A DNA stretch of 61,658 nucleotides, the filler included. It is 6 parts of 6 records of this genome, joined end to end, with 100 filler letters (N's around TTAATTAATTAA, not from the genome) between each part and the next. Parts side by side here need not be neighbours in the genome. Positions count along the whole stretch, not along the records: positions 18,197 to 31,947 come from DRR723986_100284; 5 more parts are not named here. One strand, 5' to 3'. The position numbers and the translations under genes are program-made. Positions 19,190 through 30,465 of the stretch are shown here, piece by piece. Position 1 is the stretch's first letter. The number at the start of each line of letters is the position of its first letter. Under the pieces are notes generated by a model. It searched no databases, had not been told where the DNA came from, and saw nothing but the letters and a program-made list of their open reading frames with translations.

Positions 19190-20770
19190 TTATCTCAACT
19201 CAATATCAGATTTCAATTCTTCTCCACCTTCTTTAGAGAAGTCTCTACCACCACGACCGATATGAGTCTGAACACATCTAAATCCTAAGTAAGACTTAGC
19301 TGTATCTTGGTATTCGTAAGTTCTTGCAGAAGTCTGCAAATAGAATCCAATATCTTTCCATGATCCACCACGTACCACTTTTCTTTTCATTGAAGGTGGA
19401 TCCCAATCCATTGCATAATATCTATATTCTGGACTTAAATCATGAGAGAATTCATAAACTGATTCATCAAATGCTGTTTCAGTCCACTCACAAACGTTTC
19501 CAGCCATGCAGTATAAACCGTAACCGTTAGGATTGTAAGAGAATGCTTTTACAGCGTAAAAACCACCATCATCAAAATATCTACCTCTCATTGGCTTAAA
19601 GTTTCCTAACATACATCCAGCTGAGTTTCTGATGTAAGGTCCACCCCATGGGTAAGGAGAGTGTTTTAAATCACCTCTTGCACAATACTCCCATTCACCT
19701 TCCGTAGGTAATCTGAAATCTTGTACCCATAATTGACCCAATCCTTCTAACCAGTTATTCAATTTTTGAGTTCTCCATACACAGAACGCTCTAGCTTGTA
19801 CCCAACTTACACCTACTACAGGATAGTTATCATAAGCAGGATGCCAGAAGTACATATTGGTCATTGGATCATTAAATGAATAAGTGAAATCTCTTACCCA
19901 ACATAATGTATCCGGATAAACATTAATTTCTTCTTCAATAATAAATCTACCTCTATCTTCATGACCTCTAAGACCATTGTTTTGACCTTTTGAGTTGAAA
20001 TACCCCATATCCTTATCCAAACCTACTGGTTCTCCAGTAAATGGATGAACTGGGTTTTTCAAATCTCTGTGCTGAGGATCTAAAGAAGGGTCTGTATAAT
20101 TTCCAGATGGATCATAACCATTTCTTTCAATGTTCACTCTTCCTCTTTTGGCAGCTTCAGGAAGGTCAATCCAGTAATATTTGAAATTCAATTTACGAAC
20201 ATCCAATTCTCGTCTCTTATACCATCTTTCATTTGGTCTTAAATACATATCTGAAATCAACGGGATAATTTGATTATCCTTAATTCCTTTCATTCTCCAA
20301 GACAATGGGAACAACCCTCTATTAATAAATGGTTGAGTAGGATCAAATTCTTGCCAAGCTAAATTCACCTCATCATAATAAACGTCAGGATGAGATAACA
20401 TTTCACCTATATCTTCATCTTCAATCGCATCATTACCTGTTGGATCTGTATTCAAATAAACTTTTTCAAGTACAATTGAATCCTTCACCCAGTAAACAAA
20501 CTCTCTCCACTCATTATTTGTGATTTCAGTTTGATCCATGTATAACGCATGGATTGAAACAACCTTTGATCTTGATTGATGTAAAAATGGAACATCTTGA
20601 TCACCATTACCCATTGTATAAGAACCAGAAGGAATATATACCATACCTAATGGAATCTCTGGGTAAAACACTTTTCTTCCTTGCACACCCTGCAAGTGAC
20701 CAGTACCAGTGTTACAGCTGGACATCACCAGCGCAACTACAACTACTCCAAAAACCAATAATTTTCTCAT
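19190..20770 (-). CDS. gldK: T9SS/gliding lipoprotein GldK/PorK
   Basis: Lipobox MSSC; FGE-sulfatase-like motifs YPVVGVSW.QA, RLPTE.EWEY and RGGSWKD. Confidence 0.95.
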   Translation of the reverse strand: MRKLLVFGVVVVALVMSSCNTGTGHLQGVQGRKVFYPEIPLGMVYIPSGSYTMGNGDQDVPFLHQSRSKVVSIHALYMDQTEITNNEWREFVYWVKDSIVLEKVYLNTDPTGNDAIEDEDIGEMLSHPDVYYDEVNLAWQEFDPTQPFINRGLFPLSWRMKGIKDNQIIPLISDMYLRPNERWYKRRELDVRKLNFKYYWIDLPEAAKRGRVNIERNGYDPSGNYTDPSLDPQHRDLKNPVHPFTGEPVGLDKDMGYFNSKGQNNGLRGHEDRGRFIIEEEINVYPDTLCWVRDFTYSFNDPMTNMYFWHPAYDNYPVVGVSWVQARAFCVWRTQKLNNWLEGLGQLWVQDFRLPTEGEWEYCARGDLKHSPYPWGGPYIRNSAGCMLGNFKPMRGRYFDDGGFYAVKAFSYNPNGYGLYCMAGNVCEWTETAFDESVYEFSHDLSPEYRYYAMDWDPPSMKRKVVRGGSWKDIGFYLQTSARTYEYQDTAKSYLGFRCVQTHIGRGGRDFSKEGGEELKSDIELR

Positions 20771-20878
20771 GCTACCTTGTTTTTTCTACCAATCAAATTC
20801 TTCGACTATCAGGACTCTTTAAGGGTTGGGTCTATCTTTAAACGTTACTCTTTTGATTTGGTTACAAAAAAATTTCTC

Positions 20879-21838
20879 CTATTGTAATATAAATGGATTT
20901 CCGTGTCTTGGCACCGCAGGCGGTGGTGGGAACATACAGAAGTTCAACATTAACTCATGCGTACCTTTACCGTAGGTATTCAATGGGTTTGTCATAATAT
21001 CAAACGAATATCCAAACTTCAACATATTTTTACTTGTTTTATTAGCTGGCGAAAACGCGTATCCTAAATTCAATGCGAATGCATCTGAAAGTCTGTAAGA
21101 GAACCCACCCCATAAGTAAGAGTAGTTGTTCAACCAGAAGTCAGCCATCACATTGACGTCAAAAATCATCCCTGCACCATCAGCTTTTAATAAAACACTT
21201 GGTTTAATATCTATTTTCTTTCCTAGGTTCATCATTTCACTTAAAGCAATATCATATCCTCCAATAACATAATAGTGTCTAGCTACTGAGAAATTCACAT
21301 TCTTCAATGTAGGAGGCGCTAAGTGAGTTGTTGAAATACCTACATAATAAGGAGCTGTTGTTCCGTGCCAGTATAAACCTAAATTCAAATCAAAACCTGT
21401 TCCAGCTGTCGCAGTAGGAAGCAAGGCATCCATATCAGTTTGTGGCGGAATCCAAGTTGGAGAAAAACCTACATTCACAATCCCTACTCCTAAACCTCCG
21501 CTTAACACACCAGCATTGGTAACAAAATGATACGCACCATTTACAGTTACTGTGTTATTTCTTTGGAATCCAATAGCATCATTAACAAATGACAAACCAA
21601 CCCCTAAATTTTGCTTAGGAAGATTCCCTTGCAAATTCAATAATGTAGAATTTGGTGCATCTTGTACACGATCCCATTGATTTCTATAAATCAAAGTACC
21701 ACAATATCCTTTAAAGCCAGTTGCAGCAGGATTGAATGACATCTTGTCAAACATGTAGTGTGTAAACTGCTTATCTTGCTGTCCAAAAGACAGGTTTACA
21801 GCTAAATAGCAAAGTAAAAAAGATAAAACTTTTTTCAT
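20879..21838 (-). CDS. porP: PorP/SprF family T9SS outer membrane barrel
   Basis: Q.TH YM....FNPA..G, YRNQW, GYSFD and GTHE; porP-K-L-M order; alternative start 21862. Confidence 0.9.
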   Translation of the reverse strand: MKKVLSFLLCYLAVNLSFGQQDKQFTHYMFDKMSFNPAATGFKGYCGTLIYRNQWDRVQDAPNSTLLNLQGNLPKQNLGVGLSFVNDAIGFQRNNTVTVNGAYHFVTNAGVLSGGLGVGIVNVGFSPTWIPPQTDMDALLPTATAGTGFDLNLGLYWHGTTAPYYVGISTTHLAPPTLKNVNFSVARHYYVIGGYDIALSEMMNLGKKIDIKPSVLLKADGAGMIFDVNVMADFWLNNYSYLWGGFSYRLSDAFALNLGYAFSPANKTSKNMLKFGYSFDIMTNPLNTYGKGTHELMLNFCMFPPPPAVPRHGNPFILQ

Positions 21839-21964
21839 AAAATGTGTTTTTTTCAATACCATTTCTCGTCAGAACACTCCAACAAGCGGCTAAAATAAGT
21901 AAAAAATATTTAATTGTAAATTTTTTTCACAACAAATCAATTCTTAACAAAACGTATTTTTTCG

Positions 21965-23119
21965 TCAAGACAATTTTTCAAAGGTCTTCCACCATAAATT
22001 AGGCAGCTCATTTGACAAAGCATTTTGATAATCTTGATAATTACAAGGAATCAGCAAATGCCTATGAAACTTAGCACCTTGAACCTTTGGGTATGGCACT
22101 TCCATCCACCACCTACTCGATTTATCACTCTTGTAAAAAACGATCTGGTCTTTGAAATTATCTATACTAACTAAATATTTAGTATAATTTTTTTTCGTTC
22201 CAATTGGATAATCTCCTTTTCTGTTATTATAACCTTCAATGAAATACCAAAGCATTTGCGCAACAAGATTTGCATCAAACTCCACTCTCTCCCCTTTATG
22301 AAGATTAAATAAACCCAAAGAGGTTAGTTTGTCAGAAAGCCCAGCATAACGCATTATTGAGCAAGCATTTTCACCATATAGTCCGTGAGGTAAACTTCTA
22401 GAATTTGCTGAGTAATCAGAACCTCTTATGGCGTCTAAATCAAAGCTCATAATATCTGTATTTCTCAACAAAGGCTCTATAATTGAATTGTCTGACACAA
22501 ACTCACCTAACCTTACGTGATCAAAGAAAAGTTTTTCTAAAAGCCGAACTTCTTCAGGCTTGGTCAAATAACTTTGGTATCCAAACAAAGTGTAATTGAA
22601 TAAATAGTTAGGCTTCTCCAGTAAAATCTTATTAATCCAAGCTTTATCGGATATATCCTGGTCAGGATCCCCCATATCCAACGCGCAATCAACATCTAAC
22701 AAGTTAACTGTTTGCTCTAATGTTTGATAAGCCTGATAAACGGCTAGTGTCAAATCTTGACTCCCTCCTATGATTATTGGAATCACTTCATTTTTTATCA
22801 GTTCAGCGCAGACATCTGAAACTGCCCTTTTGGTATCTTCGAAAGTGTTTCCTGGAGAAATTGTCCCCATGTCGATTAGCCCACTTTTCCAATCACCTGC
22901 ATGAAGGCTATATATTGCCTTTCTCACACAATTAACTACATCCGAGCTAGCTACTAAATCTGAATTCGCATATTCTGGAACAAAAATAAGAGCAACTTCT
23001 CCTTTGATAGGATGTTGAAAATTAGCAACAGAATTAATCGTTATGGTTTCACCCAAAGTTCCTTTTTCATAAGAAATTTGATCCCCATACTGATTGAAAT
23101 AAATATTTAAATCTTTCAT
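21965..23119 (-). CDS. Arginase-fold (formimidoylglutamase-like) protein
   Basis: DMG.I, PIIIGGSQDLT and SFD.DAI; follows topA as in other Bacteroidota. Confidence 0.8.
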   Translation of the reverse strand: MKDLNIYFNQYGDQISYEKGTLGETITINSVANFQHPIKGEVALIFVPEYANSDLVASSDVVNCVRKAIYSLHAGDWKSGLIDMGTISPGNTFEDTKRAVSDVCAELIKNEVIPIIIGGSQDLTLAVYQAYQTLEQTVNLLDVDCALDMGDPDQDISDKAWINKILLEKPNYLFNYTLFGYQSYLTKPEEVRLLEKLFFDHVRLGEFVSDNSIIEPLLRNTDIMSFDLDAIRGSDYSANSRSLPHGLYGENACSIMRYAGLSDKLTSLGLFNLHKGERVEFDANLVAQMLWYFIEGYNNRKGDYPIGTKKNYTKYLVSIDNFKDQIVFYKSDKSSRWWMEVPYPKVQGAKFHRHLLIPCNYQDYQNALSNELPNLWWKTFEKLS

Positions 23120-23136
23120 GGAAGTCTAAATTAACT

Positions 23137-25437
23137 CTATTTCTTCTTTTTCCTTCCTTTTGGTTGATTTTCTGAAATATGAACACACTCTTCATACGAA
23201 AGCTCAGCGGGTTCAACATCTTTAGGCAATTTGTAATTCTTCTTCCCGATTTTTAAGTACGGGCCGTATCGACCATTTAATAGTTGCATGTCTCCATTTT
23301 CTGGAAACTCTTTAATAATTCGGTTTTTATCTTCTTCTCTCTTCTCTTTAATCAACTCAATCGCCCTTTCAATAGTCATGTTTTCAAGGGTATCTCCATT
23401 GGCTTCTTTAATGGAAACGAATGTCTTTTCTATTTGAACGTAAGGACCAAATCTTCCTTTATTGATTTTAACGGGTTTATCTTCAAACTCACCAATCGTT
23501 TTAGGAAACTTAAATAATTCCAAAGCTTCTTCTAAGCTTATCGTCTGGATGCTTTGATCTTTTTGAAGTGAAGCAAACTTAGGTTTATCCTCATCATCTT
23601 GTTCACCAATTTGCACCATAGGACCGAATCGTCCAATTCTAGCAATTATTTTCTTGCCAGTTTTTGGATCAACTCCCAATTCTCTTTCACCAGTGGCACG
23701 CTCTGAATTTTCAATGGTATGCTCAACAGTTTTATGGAATGGCCCATAAAATTCCTTTAACATTTTAGTCCATTTTACTAGACCTTGTGCAATATCATCA
23801 AACTCCTTTTCTACAGAAGCTGTGAAATTGTAATCCATTATTTGTTCGAAGTGTTCGATTAGGAATTCCGTCACAATTCGCCCGATATCCGTTGGAACTA
23901 ACTTACCTTTATCAGAGCCAGTTTTCTCAGTTTGAATTTCGGTTTTTACGCTTCCACTTTCAAGTATTATCTGCTTATATTTTCGTTCTACACCTTCTCT
24001 TTCTCCTCTTTCAACATATCCTCTTTTCTGAATTGTAGTAATTGTTGGAGCATAAGTAGAAGGACGACCGATACCCAACTCTTCAAGCTTTTTAACCAAA
24101 CTCGCTTCAACGTATCTTGCCGGTGGACGAGTAAATCTTTCTGTGGATGTTACTTGCTCGTTTTCTAACTGTTCTCCCTCTTTAATAGGAGGCAACAAAC
24201 CATCCATATCTTCATCATCTTCATCTAAAGAAGACTCAAGGTAAACTTTTAAAAACCCGTCAAATTTGATCACCTCACCGTTTGCAGTGAACTCTAGATT
24301 ATTAGGTGCATCAATTTTTATAGCAGTTCGCTCTAATTGTGCTTCGCTCATTTGTGAAGCAATACTTCTTTTCCAGATTAATTGGTATAGCTTTTCCTGA
24401 TCTGATTCTCCAGTAATTGTGTGAGCAGAAAAATCTGTTGGACGAATTGCCTCGTGCGCTTCTTGCGCCGAAGAATTCTTGTTTTTATATTGTCTAAAGT
24501 TATGATATTCTTTACCGTAAGCTTTTTCTATTTCTGCCTGAGCAGCATCTGTGGCAGTTTTAGAAAGGTTTACAGAATCTGTTCTCATATAAGTAATATG
24601 TCCAGCTTCATATAATCTTTGCGCTACCGACATTGTTCGTAATACAGAAAACCCTAATTTTAAACTTGCCTCCTGCTGCAATGTTGATGTTGTAAACGGC
24701 GCAGTTGGAGCCTTTTTAGCAGGTTTTTTAGTAACAGAATTTACCTTGAAATTGTGATTCGAACAATTAGAAACAAAATCAGTAGCCTCTTTTTCTGAAT
24801 CAAAATTCTTAGCCAATTTGGCTTTCATCTTGGATCCTTGAACACTGAACACGGCATCTGTTCTGTAAAACGCAACAGATTCAAACTTTTCTATTTCCAA
24901 TTCCTTCTCAACAATAAGTCTTACCGCAACTGACTGAACTCTACCAGCTGATAATGACGGCTTCACTTTTCTCCACAAAACTGGCGACAACTCAAATCCA
25001 ACTAGACGATCTAAAATTCTTCTAGCCTGCTGTGCGTTTACCAAATCATCATCAATATCTCTGGGATTTTCAATAGCCGCTAACACTGCTGATTTCGTAA
25101 TCTCATTAAATGTGATTCTCTTATATCCGTCAGGCTTCAAACCTAAAGCTTCTTTAAGATGCCAAGATATAGCTTCTCCCTCACGGTCCTCATCAGATGC
25201 TAACCAAACTAACTCAGCTTCTTTCGCCAATTTTTTCAATTCGGTAATTACCTTTTTCTTATCCGAAGACACAATATATTTAGGAGAAAAATCTTTTTCA
25301 ACATCTATTGAACCGTCTCCTTTAGCAAGGTCTCTAACGTGACCCATACTAGATTTTACCACGAAATCTTTTCCGAGGTATTTTTCTATTGTTTTCGCCT
25401 TCGCAGGGGACTCAACAATCACTAAATTTTTTGCCAT
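23137..25437 (-). CDS. topA: DNA topoisomerase I
   Basis: LVIVESPAKAKTI, ASDEDREGE, SAGRVQS and ITYMRTDS; start moved to MAKN. Confidence 0.98.
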   Translation of the reverse strand: MAKNLVIVESPAKAKTIEKYLGKDFVVKSSMGHVRDLAKGDGSIDVEKDFSPKYIVSSDKKKVITELKKLAKEAELVWLASDEDREGEAISWHLKEALGLKPDGYKRITFNEITKSAVLAAIENPRDIDDDLVNAQQARRILDRLVGFELSPVLWRKVKPSLSAGRVQSVAVRLIVEKELEIEKFESVAFYRTDAVFSVQGSKMKAKLAKNFDSEKEATDFVSNCSNHNFKVNSVTKKPAKKAPTAPFTTSTLQQEASLKLGFSVLRTMSVAQRLYEAGHITYMRTDSVNLSKTATDAAQAEIEKAYGKEYHNFRQYKNKNSSAQEAHEAIRPTDFSAHTITGESDQEKLYQLIWKRSIASQMSEAQLERTAIKIDAPNNLEFTANGEVIKFDGFLKVYLESSLDEDDEDMDGLLPPIKEGEQLENEQVTSTERFTRPPARYVEASLVKKLEELGIGRPSTYAPTITTIQKRGYVERGEREGVERKYKQIILESGSVKTEIQTEKTGSDKGKLVPTDIGRIVTEFLIEHFEQIMDYNFTASVEKEFDDIAQGLVKWTKMLKEFYGPFHKTVEHTIENSERATGERELGVDPKTGKKIIARIGRFGPMVQIGEQDDEDKPKFASLQKDQSIQTISLEEALELFKFPKTIGEFEDKPVKINKGRFGPYVQIEKTFVSIKEANGDTLENMTIERAIELIKEKREEDKNRIIKEFPENGDMQLLNGRYGPYLKIGKKNYKLPKDVEPAELSYEECVHISENQPKGRKKKK

Positions 25438-25601
25438 GTTTAAAGTAGTTTTCCGTAAAAAATTGGACAAATATGATAATTAGAAACGGATAAACACAAC
25501 AAAGTGTTTCAACTTAGGCTTGTTTTTAATCCCTTATTATTATATAATAATAAAGTTTTACTAATTTTTTTTAGAGTCGGATTTTGAAACATTTTTTTTT
25601 G

Positions 25602-25618
25602 GCTGTCATTTTGACAGC
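25602..25618. promoter_or_regulatory. Perfect palindrome upstream of the miaB operon
   Basis: GCTGTCA-TTT-TGACAGC. Confidence 0.6.
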
Positions 25619-25672
25619 TATCAAAATTAGATTGATTAATTTTGTTTTCAATATTTATGACAACAAGATAAA

Positions 25673-27097
25673 ATGCAGATTGAAGAGAAAAAGATAGATG
25701 AGGAAATTCAAGGTCAGGCTACCATGCTTGAATCCAAAAATCCTAGTGGGAAGAAATTGTATCTAGAAAGTTACGGTTGTCAAATGAACTTCTCAGACAG
25801 TGAGGTCGTTGCTTCAATATTAATTGACCAAGGCTATTCTACAACTAAAGATGTTGAAGAGGCAGATGTCATTTTAATGAACACTTGCTCAATCAGAGAA
25901 AATGCCGAACAACGTGTTAGAAATAAGTTATCTCAACATAACAAAAGAAAAAAGCAAAATCCATCACTAGTTATTGGAATTCTGGGTTGCATGGCTGAGC
26001 GATTAAAAAAAGATTTACTTGAACAAGAAAAATTGGTAGATCTTGTTGCAGGACCTGATGCTTATAGAGATTTGCCAAACCTAATCAGTGAAGTAGAAAC
26101 TGGTCAAAAAGCGGTTAATGTTCTGCTTTCCCGAGAGGAGACCTATGCAGATATTGCACCAGTCCGATTAGATAAGGGAGGAGTTACTGGATTCATTTCT
26201 ATTATGAGGGGATGCGACAATATGTGTTCTTTTTGCGTAGTACCTTTTACTCGAGGAAGAGAACGAAGTCGTGACCCACAATCGATTGTTGCAGAAGCAC
26301 AAGACATGTTCAATAAAGGTTATAAAGAAGTAACACTATTGGGTCAAAATGTTGACAGCTACAAATGGAATGTGACAAAAAAAGGCGAAATAATAGATCC
26401 TAACCAACCGACTGTTTCTTTTGCAGAACTTATGGAGAAAGTTGCATTGATTGATCCTGCTTTGAGAGTAAGATTCTCAACTTCTCACCCAAAAGATATG
26501 ACTGATGATGTTTTGCACGTAATGGCCAAATACGAAAATATCTGTAAATACATCCATTTACCGGTTCAGTCAGGAAATTCGGATGTATTAAAAAGGATGA
26601 ATAGAGGATACACTCGTGAATGGTATTTAGAACGAATTGCAGCAATAAAGCGAATTGTACCGGAAGCATTTATTTCAACAGATATCATTACTGGATTCTG
26701 CGGTGAAACCGAAGAGCAGCATCAAGATACGCTTAGTATCATGCGTGAAGTTGGATATGAGTTTTCATACATGTTCTTTTACTCGGAACGGCCAAAAACT
26801 TTAGCAGAAAGAAAATTTGAGGACGACATTCCATTAGAAATAAAAAAACGCAGATTATCCGAAGTTCAAGAAGTTCAAGCAGAACTTGCCCTTGAAGCAA
26901 ATAGTAAGACTGTCGGGAAGACTTATGAAGTATTGATTGAGGGGATTTCAAAACGATCAGATGATTTTGTTTATGGCAGAAATTCACAAAATCTAACGGT
27001 AATTTTTCCGAAAGGAGATCATAAGCCAGGGGATTATGTGAATGTGACTATTCAAGAATATACGAGCGCCACAGTTAAAGGAATTGAGGCCAACTAA
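25673..27097 (+). CDS. miaB: tRNA methylthiotransferase MiaB
   Basis: SYGCQMN, radical [11 protein letters not shown] and C-terminal TRAM domain. Confidence 0.97.
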   Translation: MQIEEKKIDEEIQGQATMLESKNPSGKKLYLESYGCQMNFSDSEVVASILIDQGYSTTKDVEEADVILMNTCSIRENAEQRVRNKLSQHNKRKKQNPSLVIGILGCMAERLKKDLLEQEKLVDLVAGPDAYRDLPNLISEVETGQKAVNVLLSREETYADIAPVRLDKGGVTGFISIMRGCDNMCSFCVVPFTRGRERSRDPQSIVAEAQDMFNKGYKEVTLLGQNVDSYKWNVTKKGEIIDPNQPTVSFAELMEKVALIDPALRVRFSTSHPKDMTDDVLHVMAKYENICKYIHLPVQSGNSDVLKRMNRGYTREWYLERIAAIKRIVPEAFISTDIITGFCGETEEQHQDTLSIMREVGYEFSYMFFYSERPKTLAERKFEDDIPLEIKKRRLSEVQEVQAELALEANSKTVGKTYEVLIEGISKRSDDFVYGRNSQNLTVIFPKGDHKPGDYVNVTIQEYTSATVKGIEAN

Positions 27098-27110
27098 AAC
27101 CGTATCAAAA

Positions 27111-28352
27111 ATGGACGTTCAACAAATAAAGCAACGCTTTGGTATTATAGGAAACTCTCCGGCGCTTAATCGTGCTCTGAATGTCGCTAACCAGGTAGCG
27201 CCAACTGATATTAGTGTTCTTATTACAGGGGAGAGTGGAACAGGGAAAGAGGTGATGCCTAAAATCATTCACCAATTAAGCTCTAGAAAACATGGAAGTT
27301 ATATTGCCGTGAATTGCGGTGCGATTCCAGAAGGAACTATTGACAGTGAGTTGTTTGGACATGAGAAAGGCTCTTTTACCGGTGCCCATGACCAACGAAA
27401 AGGATATTTTGAAGTTGCAGACAAGGGAACCATTTTTTTAGATGAAGTTGCTGAATTACCACTTCCAACTCAAGTTAGACTTTTAAGAGTATTGGAAACG
27501 GGTGAATTTATTAGAGTTGGGTCATCCAAGCCTATAAAAACTGATGTAAGAGTTGTAGCGGCAACAAATGAAAATATGCTTGAAGCAATTCAATCTGGGA
27601 AGTTCAGAGAAGATTTGTTTTACAGACTCAGTACCGTTCCGATTAGTCTACCTCCATTAAGAAATAGAAAAGACGATATTCATTTAATCTTCAGAAAATT
27701 CGTGGTAGATTTTTCAGAGAAATATAGAATGCCGGCGATTAAACTAACGGATGACGCCGTTCAGATGCTTGAGAATTATAATTGGCCTGGAAACATCCGT
27801 CAGTTAAAAAACATTACTGAACAGATTTCTGTTATTGAAAGCGAGAGAACTATAACTGGTGAATTACTATACAATTATTTACCGGACTATTCAGCATCCA
27901 ACCTACCCGTTTTAGCTAGTAAAACGAAAGAAGATTTTTCTGAAAGAGATCTATTATATAAGGTCTTATTCGACATGAAAAAGGAACTTACCGAAGTAAA
28001 AAAATTAGTCGTAGACATTTTACAAAGTGGTGGTTCGGGCATTTCATCTGAAGATAAAAATGCATTTATTCAAAAATTGTATCAAGAATCTGCTGTTTCA
28101 GAAGAAAGTTTATTGCCCAAATCTTTTTCAGTTCAAAAAGAGCATGAATCCTTCAATGAAACAGATAATTATCATAATGACTTTCAAGAGCATATTGAAG
28201 TTGAAGAATCATTATCTTTAGAAGATAGAGAAAAAGAGTTAATTCATAAAGCCCTTGAAAAGCACCGTGGGAAGCGCAAGTATGCCGCGCAAGATCTAGG
28301 GATTTCTGAGCGGACATTGTATCGAAAAATAAAGGAATACGGATTAAAATAG
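27111..28352 (+). CDS. Sigma-54-interacting AAA+ activator with Fis HTH, no sensory domain
   Basis: [27 protein letters not shown] and [11 protein letters not shown]; start moved to MDVQ. Confidence 0.93.
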   Translation: MDVQQIKQRFGIIGNSPALNRALNVANQVAPTDISVLITGESGTGKEVMPKIIHQLSSRKHGSYIAVNCGAIPEGTIDSELFGHEKGSFTGAHDQRKGYFEVADKGTIFLDEVAELPLPTQVRLLRVLETGEFIRVGSSKPIKTDVRVVAATNENMLEAIQSGKFREDLFYRLSTVPISLPPLRNRKDDIHLIFRKFVVDFSEKYRMPAIKLTDDAVQMLENYNWPGNIRQLKNITEQISVIESERTITGELLYNYLPDYSASNLPVLASKTKEDFSERDLLYKVLFDMKKELTEVKKLVVDILQSGGSGISSEDKNAFIQKLYQESAVSEESLLPKSFSVQKEHESFNETDNYHNDFQEHIEVEESLSLEDREKELIHKALEKHRGKRKYAAQDLGISERTLYRKIKEYGLK

Positions 28353-28378
28353 ATTAAATTAAATCGCGTTATCCAAGT

Positions 28379-28870
28379 ATGAAGAATTACCTTATCATAT
28401 CCCTAATATTTACCCTAGTCTCATGCGAGATTCAATATGGCATGTTGGACAATAGCATTGAAGCTGATCATTTTTCAATTGATATTTTCGAAGAACAGGC
28501 TGCTAATGCTCCATCAGGTTATGGTATTGGTTTAACAGAGTTCATGAGGGACTATTTAGTTTCAAGATCAAAAATGAAACTAAAAACTGATGAGGCGGAC
28601 ATTCAGATTTCTGGTAAAGTAAAAAGCTATTATACGGAACCTGGTGCAATACAAGCAGATGAGAATTCAGCATTAAATAATTTAAAGGTTGTGGTCAACA
28701 TTTCGGTAATTAATAATCTTGATGAAAAACAATCTTTTGTTAAAGATTTTGCCCGGTTTTCAACCTACCCCGCAACTTCCGCATTGGCTGATGTAGAAGA
28801 TGAATTACTAGAAGATATTAATGAACAAATTTCTCAGGATTTATTAACCGAATTATCGAAAAACTGGTGA
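28379..28870 (+). CDS. lptE: LPS assembly lipoprotein LptE-like
   Basis: Lipobox LVSC, size, C-terminal W and conserved position after the sigma-54 activator. Confidence 0.7.
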   Translation: MKNYLIISLIFTLVSCEIQYGMLDNSIEADHFSIDIFEEQAANAPSGYGIGLTEFMRDYLVSRSKMKLKTDEADIQISGKVKSYYTEPGAIQADENSALNNLKVVVNISVINNLDEKQSFVKDFARFSTYPATSALADVEDELLEDINEQISQDLLTELSKNW

Positions 28871-29910
28871 TTACAGGTGAAAACATAGCGTTATTGATAA
28901 AAAATCCTGTAAAAACTACTGGCGCTGATTTGTCGGCAATAGAGGATTTAATTTCAAAGTATCCATATTGCTCAAGTTTATATCATTTAGCTTTAAAAGG
29001 CGCTTCGAATTCAGGCGTAGTTCAATTTGAAGAAAAATTAAAGGTTGCGGCAGCGCATGTTGGAGATCGAGAACATTTGTACAATCTAATCCATAACAAT
29101 TCTGTTAAACAAGAAATAGTTGAGCAAACTGAAATCGAAGCCGAATTTGTCAAAGAAGAAATTAAGGGTTCAGTTTCAGAGCCAAGTGAATCAGATCATG
29201 ACCTTGTAGAATTAGGCTCCTCAACCGAGAAAATTAAAGAAGAATTAGTTAGTACTGATATTAGTGATTCTGTTGAAGTTGAGAAAGCATCAGAAATAGA
29301 AGAAGCTCCAGTTGATTTGGATACAGATATTTTATCGCATGCTATTTCAGTGGCATTTGAACATGCAACAGAAACAGCTATTCCTGAGAAAAAGGAAGAG
29401 CCAGAAGAAATTGAGGATAAGGAGAAAATTCAGTCAATTTCCAATACCTTGATTGGTCAGCAGGAATCTGAAGATAAAACCATAGTAGTTGAAGAAATTC
29501 AAGAGATTTCGGAGAACCAAGAAATCAGTTTTATTGAATGGCTTCAACAAAAAAAGTCGGGCAATAAAACCATGGATAAACCATTGAACTCCTCTACTCC
29601 TCCTGATTTAAATTTAGAAATAAAAGCAAGTTCGAAATCAGAAATCAATGATTTATTAGATCGATTTATCGCTGAGGAACCAAGTATTTCAAAGCCAACT
29701 AAGGAATTCTATTCACCATCTGCAAACGCTAAGAAAAGCCTGGAAGAATCAGATGAAATTGTTTCAGAAACATTGGCTAAAATACATGTGATGCAAGGGA
29801 ATTTTTCTAAGGCTATTGCAGCTTACAAGCAATTAAGTTTGTTATATCCAGAAAAAAAGGTTTTCTTTGCAAGTCAAATTGAAAAAATTAAAAACAATCA
29901 ATCCCAATAA
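28867..29910 (+). CDS. Conserved hypothetical protein with acidic linker and C-terminal TPR-like motif
   Basis: KYPY near the N-terminus; ETLAKI...QG...KAI..Y..LSL.YPEK..FFA. Confidence 0.75.
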   Translation: MITGENIALLIKNPVKTTGADLSAIEDLISKYPYCSSLYHLALKGASNSGVVQFEEKLKVAAAHVGDREHLYNLIHNNSVKQEIVEQTEIEAEFVKEEIKGSVSEPSESDHDLVELGSSTEKIKEELVSTDISDSVEVEKASEIEEAPVDLDTDILSHAISVAFEHATETAIPEKKEEPEEIEDKEKIQSISNTLIGQQESEDKTIVVEEIQEISENQEISFIEWLQQKKSGNKTMDKPLNSSTPPDLNLEIKASSKSEINDLLDRFIAEEPSISKPTKEFYSPSANAKKSLEESDEIVSETLAKIHVMQGNFSKAIAAYKQLSLLYPEKKVFFASQIEKIKNNQSQ

Positions 29911-29931
29911 TTTGGGCAATATTTAGCAGCA

Positions 29932-30276
29932 ATGGACGGATTATTTACAATATTAATTATCATAGGATGTGTCGGATTAATCCTATTTGTTTTAGTTCAA
30001 AACCCTAAAGGGGGTGGATTAAATTCTGAGTTTGGTTCAGCCGTGCAATTAGGGGGAGCCAAAAGAGCTACTGATATTCTAGAAAAAGGAACTTGGGGAC
30101 TTGCAATCATGATTGCCGTTGTTTGTTTAGCTATGGCTAAACCTGGAAGCGGTGGCGGAGGAACAGAAGAATTAGATTCTGACCCTAATGCAGTCCAAGA
30201 AAATGTGGAAGGGACTAACGAATTACCTGAAGGAACTGGATTGGGTGGACCAACAATGCCTGGTCAACCTCAATAG
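29932..30276 (+). CDS. secG: Preprotein translocase subunit SecG
   Basis: VLVQNPKGGGL...FG...D.LEK.TW; two TM segments. Confidence 0.93.
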   Translation: MDGLFTILIIIGCVGLILFVLVQNPKGGGLNSEFGSAVQLGGAKRATDILEKGTWGLAIMIAVVCLAMAKPGSGGGGTEELDSDPNAVQENVEGTNELPEGTGLGGPTMPGQPQ

Positions 30277-30294
30277 TAAAAATATACTTTAGAT

Positions 30295-30332
30295 AAAATG
30301 TCAGTATGTCATTCATGCTGACATTTTTTTTT
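30295..30332 (+). terminator. Hairpin with U tract after secG (also contains TGTCA/TGACA boxes)
   Basis: AAAATGTCAGTATG pairs with CATGCTGACATTTT, followed by a T run. Confidence 0.6.
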
Positions 30333-30386
30333 GCCCAAGTTCATATAATTATGCAAAATTGACAGCATTTTTCTTTTTAAGACGAA

Positions 30387-30401
30387 TGGCATAAAATATG
30401 A
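30387..30401 (+). promoter_or_regulatory. Candidate sigma-54-like promoter for groESL
   Basis: TGGCA (-24) with GG-N10-GA; the -12 element deviates from TTGC. Confidence 0.4.
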
Positions 30402-30465
30402 CTATAGCCTGAAAGAATAAATTAATAACAGCTTGATTAAACTCAAGATTAAAAAATAATTAAAC

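Noticed and set aside
11059-27097. miaB duplication
   Set aside because: The two copies are on contigs from different phyla
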